Shown here in pieces: positions 19,959-29,100 of a stretch of DNA of 64,000 bases. The stretch's first letter is position 1; every line of letters starts with the position of its first letter. The DNA is from a virus (lineage: Duplodnaviria > Caudoviricetes), in the IMG/VR virus record IMGVR_UViG_3300027782_000046, positions 49,679-113,678 of that record; one strand, given 5' to 3'. The notes beneath the pieces were generated by a model. That model searched no databases, was not told the origin of the DNA, and saw only the letters and a list, made by a program, of their open reading frames with translations. Both the position numbers and the translations under genes were made by a program.

Positions 19959-21674
19959 ATGTCAATCATTTTTAACAATATAAGTATTTTTGGTAATTTA
20001 TCTGTAGTAACACCTTACATACAATTGGCTCCAAGCACTGTTGAATACTTAGTTGTAGCTGGCGGTGGAGGCGGGGGTGGAGGCGTTGTAAACATATCTG
20101 TTGGCTCTGGTGGTGGTGCAGGTGGATACTTAGCTAATACTGGATTTGCGGTTAGTGCATCAACAACATATGCTGTAACGGTAGGAGCAGGAGGCACTGC
20201 AGGGTATTCAACACCAGGCGGTAATGGAAGTCCATCAATATTTTCAAGTATTACATCAACTGGTGGCGGTGGAGGTGTTACTGGAAGTGGTATATATAAT
20301 GGCGTTGCAGGCGGCTCTGGAAGTGGGGCTGCATACACAGGAACACCTGGCACAGGAATTAGCGGACAAGGTTTCGCAGGAGGAAGTGGGGCAACAACTT
20401 CAAATTACGGATCAGGTGGAGGTGGCGGTGCAGGCGGCGTTGGTGGAAATGGAACTACAACAGTTGGAGGTGCTGGAGGTATTGGGGCTACTTCTAGTAT
20501 TAGTGGTTCTTCACTTAATTACGCTGGTGGTGGTGGTGGAGGTATTGGAAATAGTGGCTCTGGAGGCGCCGCATCTTATGGCGGCGGGGCGGGAGCTTTT
20601 GGAGTAGCAACGGCTGCAACTGCTAATACTGGAGGTGGTGGCGGTGGAGGAGGGGGTGGATCATCATCGGCTGGAACCGGCGGCAATGGCGGGTCTGGTG
20701 TTGTAATCATACGTTATCCATCTGATTATAAACTAGCAACATATACAACAGGTTCGCCAGACGTAGTAACGTCTGGCGGAAATGTAAGTTACATATTTAC
20801 ACAATCTGGTTCAATAACTTGGGCTCCTGTTGTTACAGTTGAATACTTAGTTGTTGCTGGTGGTGCTAGTGGCGGTTCTCCATATGGTGGAGGTGGTGGT
20901 GCAGGCGGATTTAGATCATCAGTAGTAGGTTCTACTAGTGGAGGTGGAGCATCCGCGGAAACTGTATTAAGTTTAACTCCGGGTGTTTCTTATACTGTAA
21001 CAATTGGTGCTGGCGGCGCTGCACGAAACAACACATCTACTCCTGGAAATAATGGGTCAGACTCAGTATTTGCCACTATTACATCTATTGGTGGCGGTGG
21101 TGGTGGCTGGCGATATACTAGTGGTCAAGGTTCTAACGGTTCATCCGGCGGTTCTGGAGGAGGTGCTCCAGATAATTATTGGAGTGCTAGTTATACTGGT
21201 GGTGCAGGAACAACAGGTCAAGGATATGCCGGTGCTGGAGCAGCATTTTATACTTACTTAGGTTCGGGCGGCGGCGGCGCCGGTGGTGCCGGAGTTCAGG
21301 CTTCGTCAGGTGGTACGGGTGGTGCTGGTCAAACAAATTCTATAACTGGAACAGCAACATACTATGGTGGTGGTGGTGGTGGTGGACAAAATAATGCTGG
21401 TGGCGCAGGCGGTGCCGGTGGTTCTGGAGGTGGCGGCCGAGGATCAGGCGGAGGTTTGGCTTCTACAAACGGAACTGTTAATACAGGTAGCGGAGGTGGT
21501 GGTGGTGGAGACGGAGGATATGAAGCGTCAGGTGCCGGTGGTTCTGGAATTGTCATTATTCGTTATGCAGATTCAACTGCAGCTGCATCAAACACAACAG
21601 GATCTCCTAACGTAACTGTTACCGGCGGTTATAGAATATATAGATTCTGGCAATCTGGAACAATAACTTTTTAA
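19959..21674 (+). CDS. Tandem two-domain glycine-rich virion protein (tagged)
   Basis: Two VEYLVVAGG...GSG(V/I)VIIRY units joined by SGSITWAPVVT. Confidence 0.85.
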   Translation: MSIIFNNISIFGNLSVVTPYIQLAPSTVEYLVVAGGGGGGGGVVNISVGSGGGAGGYLANTGFAVSASTTYAVTVGAGGTAGYSTPGGNGSPSIFSSITSTGGGGGVTGSGIYNGVAGGSGSGAAYTGTPGTGISGQGFAGGSGATTSNYGSGGGGGAGGVGGNGTTTVGGAGGIGATSSISGSSLNYAGGGGGGIGNSGSGGAASYGGGAGAFGVATAATANTGGGGGGGGGGSSSAGTGGNGGSGVVIIRYPSDYKLATYTTGSPDVVTSGGNVSYIFTQSGSITWAPVVTVEYLVVAGGASGGSPYGGGGGAGGFRSSVVGSTSGGGASAETVLSLTPGVSYTVTIGAGGAARNNTSTPGNNGSDSVFATITSIGGGGGGWRYTSGQGSNGSSGGSGGGAPDNYWSASYTGGAGTTGQGYAGAGAAFYTYLGSGGGGAGGAGVQASSGGTGGAGQTNSITGTATYYGGGGGGGQNNAGGAGGAGGSGGGGRGSGGGLASTNGTVNTGSGGGGGGDGGYEASGAGGSGIVIIRYADSTAAASNTTGSPNVTVTGGYRIYRFWQSGTITF

Positions 21675-22619
21675 ATGTTTACCTTTCAAAATCTTAGTTT
21701 TGCTGGAACTTGGTCTGCCGTAGGATTGCCCAGCGCAGCCACTACTCCGTCAACTATAGATTATTTGGTTGTAGCTGGAGGAGGAGGCGGTCCGGGTGCA
21801 TACTATGGAGGGGGCGGTGGCGCTGGAGGTTTACGTTCTACAGTAACAACAACCGGCGGCGGAGGAAATCTTGAATCTCAGTTATCAGTTGTTGCTAGTA
21901 CAACATATAATATAACTGTAGGCGCAGGCGGAACCGCCGGTGGATCTGGCAACGCTGGTAATAATGGTGCAAATTCATCTATAATTGGAGGAGCAGTCAA
22001 TATAGTATCCTTGGGTGGTGGCGGAGGGCAGTTCTATATAACTGGTGCGCCTGCCGGCCAAGGTGGTTCTGGTGGTGGCGCCGGGTCTGGTTCTACATAT
22101 AGTATTTTGGGCACAGCAAATCAAGGATATAACGGTGGCACAGGCGGAGGTGGCGGTGGTTCTACGGGTGCTGGCTCTGGTGGTGGGGGCGGTGGTGGCG
22201 CTGGAGGCGTTGGTGGCAACGGGGTAAATAATGGATATCCTAGTGGTACTGGTGGCTCAGGCGGTCCAGGAATATACACTACTATTAGCGGAGCAAATGT
22301 TGCATATGGTGGCGGCGGTGGCGGTGCAGGATATGCAAGTGGAGGGTCTCAAACTTATCCAGGCGGTGTAGGTGGCGGCGGTGTAGGTGGAGCCGGCGGT
22401 TCTTCTGCTACTGCAGGTACGGCAAATACTGGGGGAGGCGGAGGCGCCGATGATGGTCATGCATTTACTACAGGTAAAGATGGAGGTTCCGGTATAGTTA
22501 TCATCCGCTATTCTAGTTCTTATAATGCGGCATCTGCTACAACAGGTTCACCAAACGTAACTGTTACTGGTGGTTATAGAATATACCAATTCACGAGTTC
22601 TGGAACAATAACTTTTTAA
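21675..22619 (+). CDS. Glycine-rich domain virion protein (array member, tagged)
   Basis: MFTFQNL tag; same conserved blocks. Confidence 0.85.
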   Translation: MFTFQNLSFAGTWSAVGLPSAATTPSTIDYLVVAGGGGGPGAYYGGGGGAGGLRSTVTTTGGGGNLESQLSVVASTTYNITVGAGGTAGGSGNAGNNGANSSIIGGAVNIVSLGGGGGQFYITGAPAGQGGSGGGAGSGSTYSILGTANQGYNGGTGGGGGGSTGAGSGGGGGGGAGGVGGNGVNNGYPSGTGGSGGPGIYTTISGANVAYGGGGGGAGYASGGSQTYPGGVGGGGVGGAGGSSATAGTANTGGGGGADDGHAFTTGKDGGSGIVIIRYSSSYNAASATTGSPNVTVTGGYRIYQFTSSGTITF

Positions 22620-22624
22620 ATAAA

Positions 22625-24295
22625 ATGGCATTTACAATTCAAAATCTTATTCTCGGCGGCAATATGCAAACATCGCAGCCTGCCCTTGGTGCACCTTCCG
22701 CAGTAGAATACTTAGTTGTTGCTGGTGGCGGTGGCGGTGGATATAATTATGCCGGCGGCGGCGGTGCCGGAGGATATCTTGCAAATGTTGGATATTCAGT
22801 AAATACTACTTCAACGTATACAGTCACTGTCGGCGCTGGCGGAGTTGGAGCAACAAGTGGTGCAAATGGTACAAACGGAAATGCTTCGATATTTGGCGTA
22901 TTAACTGCAAATGGAGGCGGTGGCGGTGCAGGTTTCCAAAATAATGGTTTAGCTGGTGGCTCTGGCGGTGGCGGTGGCGGAAATAACGGTGGGTCTTATA
23001 CCGGAGGTTCTGCTGTATCTGGACAAGGATACGCTGGCGGTTCTGGATATTCAAATGGCGGTGGGGGTGGTGGCGGCGGCGCTGGCGGTGTGGGTAGCAC
23101 AGGCGGCAGCGGCGGCCCTGGCCCAGGCGGCGCCGGAGGCATTGGTCAATACTCTACATTATCTGGTGCAAATGTTGCCTACGCCGGAGGAGGTGGTGGT
23201 GGCGGCAGTTCTGGTGGAACTGCAAGTTACGGTGGCGGCGCAGGAGGCAGCGGAACAGGTGGTTCCGGAACAATTGGCACTACAAATACTGGAGGGGGCG
23301 GCGGCGGTGGCTCTGCTTATAATGGTTCTGGCGGCAATGGCGGTTCCGGCATCGTTATCTTGCGTTACCCATCTGATTATACTGCAGCAATTACCACAAC
23401 TGGTTTGCCAAATGTAAGTGTAACAAGTGGTTATAGAATATACCAATTCAATAGTTCTGGAACAATATCTTGGGCACCGATCTTATTTATGGAATACTTA
23501 GTTGTTGCTGGTGGTGGTGGCGGCGGTAGAGAGAGTTACTCAACCGGAGTAGGTGGCGGTGGAGGTGCTGGCGGCATGCTTACCGGAAATAGTACTGTAA
23601 CTGTTGGAACTACTTTTATTGTTACTGTAGGCGCCGGCGGTTCTGGATATACTGTTAGTGGGGGGACGGGGTCTCCTGGTTACAATGGTGCAAATTCTAA
23701 TATTTCTGGTTCAATTACTGTAACCGCGGTTGGTGGTGGTGGTGGTGGTGGCGGTTCTAGTGGAGGTACAGGTTCTGCCGGTCTAAATGGTGGTTCCGGC
23801 GGTGGTTCCGGCGGTACTGGTGCAGGTGCAGGAATTGCCGGCCAAGGAAATAACGGCGGAACAGGATCTGGAGCCGGTGGTGGCGGTGGTGGCGGTGCTG
23901 GCGGTCTTGGTGGTTCTGGAGCTGGCAGCGCAGGTGGTGCTGGCTTATATTCAACAATAAGCGGAGCAAATGTTGCATATGCTGGCGGTGGCGGTGGAGG
24001 TCTTTATAATGCTCCCGCGGCAGCCGGCGGGGTTGGTGGAGGCGGCAATGGTGGTCTTTATTATGCCGGGCAAGCACCTACAGCAGGTGCTACTAATACC
24101 GGAGGAGGTGGAGGTGGTTCGGGCAATAGTAGTGGCGGAGATAGCACTCCTGCAGCAGGTGGTTCTGGTGTAGTTATTATTCGTTATGCGGACTCAAATG
24201 CAGCAGCAACTGCAACAACTGGTTCGCCAAATGTAACCGTTTCTGGTGGATATAGAGTATACCAATTCACGAGTTCAGGTTCAATAACTTTCTAA
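22625..24295 (+). CDS. Tandem two-domain glycine-rich virion protein (tagged)
   Basis: Two units joined by SGTISWAPILF; MAFTIQNL tag. Confidence 0.85.
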   Translation: MAFTIQNLILGGNMQTSQPALGAPSAVEYLVVAGGGGGGYNYAGGGGAGGYLANVGYSVNTTSTYTVTVGAGGVGATSGANGTNGNASIFGVLTANGGGGGAGFQNNGLAGGSGGGGGGNNGGSYTGGSAVSGQGYAGGSGYSNGGGGGGGGAGGVGSTGGSGGPGPGGAGGIGQYSTLSGANVAYAGGGGGGGSSGGTASYGGGAGGSGTGGSGTIGTTNTGGGGGGGSAYNGSGGNGGSGIVILRYPSDYTAAITTTGLPNVSVTSGYRIYQFNSSGTISWAPILFMEYLVVAGGGGGGRESYSTGVGGGGGAGGMLTGNSTVTVGTTFIVTVGAGGSGYTVSGGTGSPGYNGANSNISGSITVTAVGGGGGGGGSSGGTGSAGLNGGSGGGSGGTGAGAGIAGQGNNGGTGSGAGGGGGGGAGGLGGSGAGSAGGAGLYSTISGANVAYAGGGGGGLYNAPAAAGGVGGGGNGGLYYAGQAPTAGATNTGGGGGGSGNSSGGDSTPAAGGSGVVIIRYADSNAAATATTGSPNVTVSGGYRVYQFTSSGSITF

Positions 24296-24301
24296 ATAAA
24301 A

Positions 24302-25177
24302 ATGTTTACTTTTCAAAATTTTAATGTCAGTGGACCGTTTGCTGTTTATGGAGGCCCTGTTGTTTATGGCGCGCCAAGCACAGTAGAATATTTAGTTGTA
24401 GCAGGTGGAGGATCCGGAGCGGGCTACGCGGGCGGCGGTGGCGCTGGTGGATATAGAACATCAACAAGTTATAGTATTAATACTGCCAATTCTTATACAA
24501 TTACCATAGGAGCAGGAGGCACGGCGGTAACAGACGTTTCTCAGAATGGTAATGATGGCAGTCCTTCAGTATTTGATACAATTACCAGCGCTGGAGGTGG
24601 AGGCGGGGGAGGATATGCAAACTCTGGTCGCCCCGGAGGTTCGGGCGGCGGCGGAGGAATTGGTTCTGGTAATCCGGCAGGCGGAGCTGCAACCCCTGCC
24701 GGCCAAGGAAATGCAGGTGGTGCAGGGGGTAGTTATTCTAATCCTTATCCAAGCGGAGGTGGTGGTGGCGCCGGCGCAGTAGGGGGCGCCGCAGTTGGTA
24801 GCACTCAGTCAGGTGATGGAGGTGCTGGATTATATTCCACTATTTCTGGAGCAAATGTTGCTTATGCCGGCGGTGGTGGCGGCGGTATAGGATATGCCGC
24901 GGCCGGTAAAGGAGCCGCGGGCATTGGTGGTGGCGGCATCGGTGGCAACGGTAGCACAGCCGCCGGATCCGGCACACCAAATACAGGCGGTGGAGGCGGC
25001 GGCCAAGGATATAATAGCGGAAACGGATCGGGCGGCGCCGGCGGATCGGGCGTAGTTATTATTCGTTATGCAGATGTTTATACTGCCGCATCAAATACAA
25101 CTGGCTCGCCAAATGTAACTGTTACTGGCGGATATAGAGTATACCAATTCAATAGTTCTGGTTCAATAACTTTCTAA
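24302..25177 (+). CDS. Glycine-rich domain virion protein (array member, tagged)
   Basis: MFTFQNF tag; same conserved blocks. Confidence 0.85.
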   Translation: MFTFQNFNVSGPFAVYGGPVVYGAPSTVEYLVVAGGGSGAGYAGGGGAGGYRTSTSYSINTANSYTITIGAGGTAVTDVSQNGNDGSPSVFDTITSAGGGGGGGYANSGRPGGSGGGGGIGSGNPAGGAATPAGQGNAGGAGGSYSNPYPSGGGGGAGAVGGAAVGSTQSGDGGAGLYSTISGANVAYAGGGGGGIGYAAAGKGAAGIGGGGIGGNGSTAAGSGTPNTGGGGGGQGYNSGNGSGGAGGSGVVIIRYADVYTAASNTTGSPNVTVTGGYRVYQFNSSGSITF

Positions 25178-25178
25178 T

Positions 25179-26054
25179 ATGATTACTGTCCAAAACGTAA
25201 ATCTTAACGGCAATTTTTCTTTTATTGCTCCACAAATTCTAATTGTCCCCTCAACTGTAGAATATTTGGTTATTGCCGGCGGGGGGGGTGGCGGAAGTGC
25301 AGTTGCCAATAATACTGGTATGGGAGGCGGCGGCGCAGGTGGCTATAGAGCCAATGCCGGATATTCTGTTTCTGCCGGATCAGCAATAACAGTTACGGTC
25401 GGCGCAGGCGGCGCGGCTGGCGGGTATAACGGAAATAACTCCGTTTTTGGATCTATCACATCAACAGGCGGCGGGGGTGGCGGTACTTATTATGGTGCCG
25501 GCGGATACGGAGGAAAAGATGGCGGCTCAGGAGGTGGTGGTTCTGGGTATGGAACAATAACTCCTGGTAGTGGCACTTCTGGGCAAGGAAATTCTGGTGG
25601 CTCTGGAAATACTGGAAACTATGCTGGTGGTGGTGGTGGTGGGGGCGGCGCTAGTGCTGCTGGTAGCGTTGGCCCTACAGAAAAAGGCGGCGCTGGAGGT
25701 AATGGAACATCATCATCCATAAGTGGGTCTGCAACTACTTATGGTGGCGGCGGTGGCGGCGGGAATGGCTCAACAAGCGGCGCGGCCGGCGCTGGCGGTA
25801 CAGGTGGTGGTGGCGCTGGCAGTGGGTCACCAAATGGTTCAACCGCAACTTCAGGAACAACAAATACTGGCGGGGGTGGCGGAGGTGGTTATTACTATTC
25901 TGGTGTGGGCGGCGCAGGTGGCTCTGGTATTGTAATCATTCGTTACGCAGATTCATATACTGCTGCTTCAAATACAACAGGTTCTCCTAATGTAACCGTT
26001 TCTGGTGGTTACAGAGTATACCAATTCACAAGTTCTGGTTCAATTACGTTTTAA
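25179..26054 (+). CDS. Glycine-rich domain virion protein (last array member, tagged)
   Basis: MITVQNV tag; same conserved blocks. Confidence 0.85.
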   Translation: MITVQNVNLNGNFSFIAPQILIVPSTVEYLVIAGGGGGGSAVANNTGMGGGGAGGYRANAGYSVSAGSAITVTVGAGGAAGGYNGNNSVFGSITSTGGGGGGTYYGAGGYGGKDGGSGGGGSGYGTITPGSGTSGQGNSGGSGNTGNYAGGGGGGGGASAAGSVGPTEKGGAGGNGTSSSISGSATTYGGGGGGGNGSTSGAAGAGGTGGGGAGSGSPNGSTATSGTTNTGGGGGGGYYYSGVGGAGGSGIVIIRYADSYTAASNTTGSPNVTVSGGYRVYQFTSSGSITF

Positions 26055-26070
26055 CCTATTTTTAATCGTA

Positions 26071-26078
26071 TATAAATA
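26071..26078 (+). promoter_or_regulatory. T4-type late promoter TATAAATA
   Basis: Exact T4 gp55 consensus in the intergenic gap before fibre 2. Confidence 0.7.
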
Positions 26079-26104
26079 AATAGATAACAACAAAAGGTCA
26101 AGAA

Positions 26105-29100
26105 ATGACGCGCAAAATAGATTCTAGTTTAATTAGTCCATTGGGCGGAACAGAAGGACAGGTGCTTGGGATTAGTTCCGGCAATGTTACTTTTATTGCT
26201 GCAGGAAGCGGTGGTGGGACTACTTATGCAAATTCTATTGTAAATCTTAATACTGCAAACGTAACAGAATCCGCGTCAAATTTATACTATACAAATGCAA
26301 GAGTTATTGCTGCAGTTGCAAATACAACAATAAGTAATCTAACTGTTGCTGGTAATGTAACAGTTTTGGGAAATGTAGTTGCCAACGCATTTATATCTAC
26401 CACAAGCGGCCCAGCTATACTATCATCTACAACAGATGTATATATCAATTCAACAAGTAATGTAAATATTACTGCAACTAATGTAAATGTTGCCGGAAAC
26501 TTAACCGCAAACTTTTTTAGAGGTAATGGCTCTTTATTAACTGGGCTTGTCACTTCTGTAAATTCCGTTACTGGCAACTTAAATGTTTCTGGTAACGTAA
26601 TTGCCAATGCGTATTTTGTTGGAGATGGTTCCAAATTAACTAACTTGCCTTCACTAAGTTCTGTTACAGGAAATTTAACGGTTACCGGAAATGTAATTGC
26701 AAACGCATTTGTATCTACCACAAGCGGTCCGGCAATACTAGCATCTACCACGGATGTTTATATTAATTCCGTAAGTAATGTATCTGTTACTTCAAGTAAC
26801 ATTAATTTAAACTCAAATATAAGAGTTTCTGGAAATGTCACGGCAAATTATTTCCTAGGTGATGGTTCTAGATTAACTGGTATAAGTGCAGGTAGCAGCA
26901 ATTCTGTAACTGGCAACCTAAATGTTAGCGGCAATGTAATTGCAAATGCTTTTATTGCTACTTCTAATGGCCCAGGTATATTTTCTTCTACAACAGATCT
27001 ATACCTAAATTCTGCTGCAAATGTAAGTATTACATCAAGTAATATCAATTTAAATTCTAACATTGTAAGAATATCGGGTAATATATTTTCAAATTATTTT
27101 GTTGGAGATGGTTCAAGATTAACTGGCATAACTGCAAATGCAAGTAGTTCGATTACTGGAAATCTAAATGTTTCTGGTAACGTAATTGCAAATACTTTTG
27201 TTTCTACTGCGGCCGGTACTGCGGCTTTAATTTCATCTACAGATTTTGTATTAAATGCCGCGGGCAATGTAAGTATTACATCAAGCAATATTAATTTAAA
27301 TTCTAATGTTTATGCAACAGGAAACATTAATGCAAATTATTTCAAAGGTAATGGTGCATTATTAACTGGTATTGTTACTACAATTAATTCTGTAACAGGT
27401 AACCTAAATGTTTCAGGAAACATAATTGCAAATGCAATATACACCGGGGCAATAATTAATACCGGCAATGCATCAGCTGGGTATTTTATTGGTAATGTAG
27501 TTGCAAATACAGTTGTTGCCGTAGGCAATGTTACCGCAAATTATTTTGTAGGCGATGGTTCTAGATTAACTGGTATAACTAGTTCTGCAAATATTAGTTC
27601 TGTAGCAGGAAACTTGACCGTAACAGGGAACGTAATTGCTAATACTTTTGTTTCTACAGGAACAGGAATTGCATCGTTAATTTCATCCACAGATTTTGCC
27701 TTAAATGCTGCCGCAAATGTAAATATTACTTCTGGTAATATCAATTTAAATTCAAATGTATTTACAACAGGTAACGTAAATGCAAATTATTTTAAAGGCA
27801 ATGGTGCATTACTAACAGGTATTACTGCAACTGTTAGCTCTGTAACAGGAAACTTAAATGTTTCTGGTAACGTAATTGGATCATATTTTGTAGGTAATGG
27901 CTCACTATTAACAGGTATTACTGCAACTGTTAGCTCTGTAACCGGTAACTTAAATGTTTCTGGTAACGTAATTGCAAATGCTTTTGTATCTACAGGATCG
28001 GGTGCTGGCGGAATATCATCCCCTACAGATTTTTATATTAATTCTGCAGCAAATGTTAATATTGTATCTAGTAATGTAACACTTAACTCAAATGTAGTAA
28101 TTTCAGGAAACATAAGTGCGAATTTCTTTAGAGGTAATGGTTCGTTACTAACAGGATTAGTTACTTCTGTAAATTCAGTAACTGGTAATTTAAATGTTAG
28201 CGGAAATGTAATTGCTAACGGATTTGTATCTACAGGTATAGGATCCGGAGGAATATCTTCTCCAGTTGATTTTTATATTAATTCTGCAGCAAATGTAAGT
28301 ATTACATCAAGTAATATTAATTTAAATTCAAATGTATTTACAACTGGCAATTTAAATGCAAACTTCTTTAGAGGTAATGGTTCATTACTAACGGGTATTG
28401 TTACATCAATTAATTCTGTAACTGGTAATTTAACTGTTACTGGTAACATCCTTGTAGGATCAAATGGTTATATTGGCGTAGGCACATCAAATCCCGATTC
28501 AGAAGTTACAATTTTAGCTATACCTCAAACAGTAAGCTATCCAGTTACTGGTACTAGCAATACTGCAGGTACGGACTTGCATATTTCTGGGGCGGACGGT
28601 TCGATAACTCGTATCACACAAGACTCATTTGGCTCAAATACTTACGTAGCATTTACTGGTAGAGCAGCCCGCGGTACAGCTGCAAGTCCTGCGCAAACAC
28701 AAAGTAATGATACATTATCACAGTTCACCGGACGTGGTTTTAGTAACGGTAGTTTGCAATTTAGCACCGTATCAACAGGACGTGTTGATGTAGTTGCGGC
28801 AGAAAACTTTACCGACACCTCCCGTGGCACAAAGGTATTGGTCTTTACCACTCCAACTGGTTCCATTAACCCAGTCAATACTGCAACATTTGATAGCACT
28901 GGTGCATTCAGCGCAAATGGCAATGTTACAACAGGCGCATATTTTGTAGGAGACGGTTCTAGATTAACTAATGTAGTTGCAACTTCTGCAAATATTAGTT
29001 CCGTAACAGGTAATTTGACAGTAACAGGCAATGTGATTGCTAATGCGTTTGTAGCAACTGCACCAGGCGCAGGCTATATTTTATCTAGTTCGGATGTAAA

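Noticed and set aside
6471-26054. Diversity-generating retroelement or shufflon as the diversifier of the array
   Set aside because: There is no reverse transcriptase or site-specific recombinase in the window, no non-coding template repeat with adenine-only mismatches was seen, and all cassettes are co-oriented. A trans-acting enzyme elsewhere in the genome cannot be excluded.
6471-26054. Eukaryotic glycine-rich cell-wall proteins, PE-PGRS or collagen
   Set aside because: The genes are intronless and tightly coupled in a T4-like phage context, with no PE domain and no Gly-X-Y periodicity.
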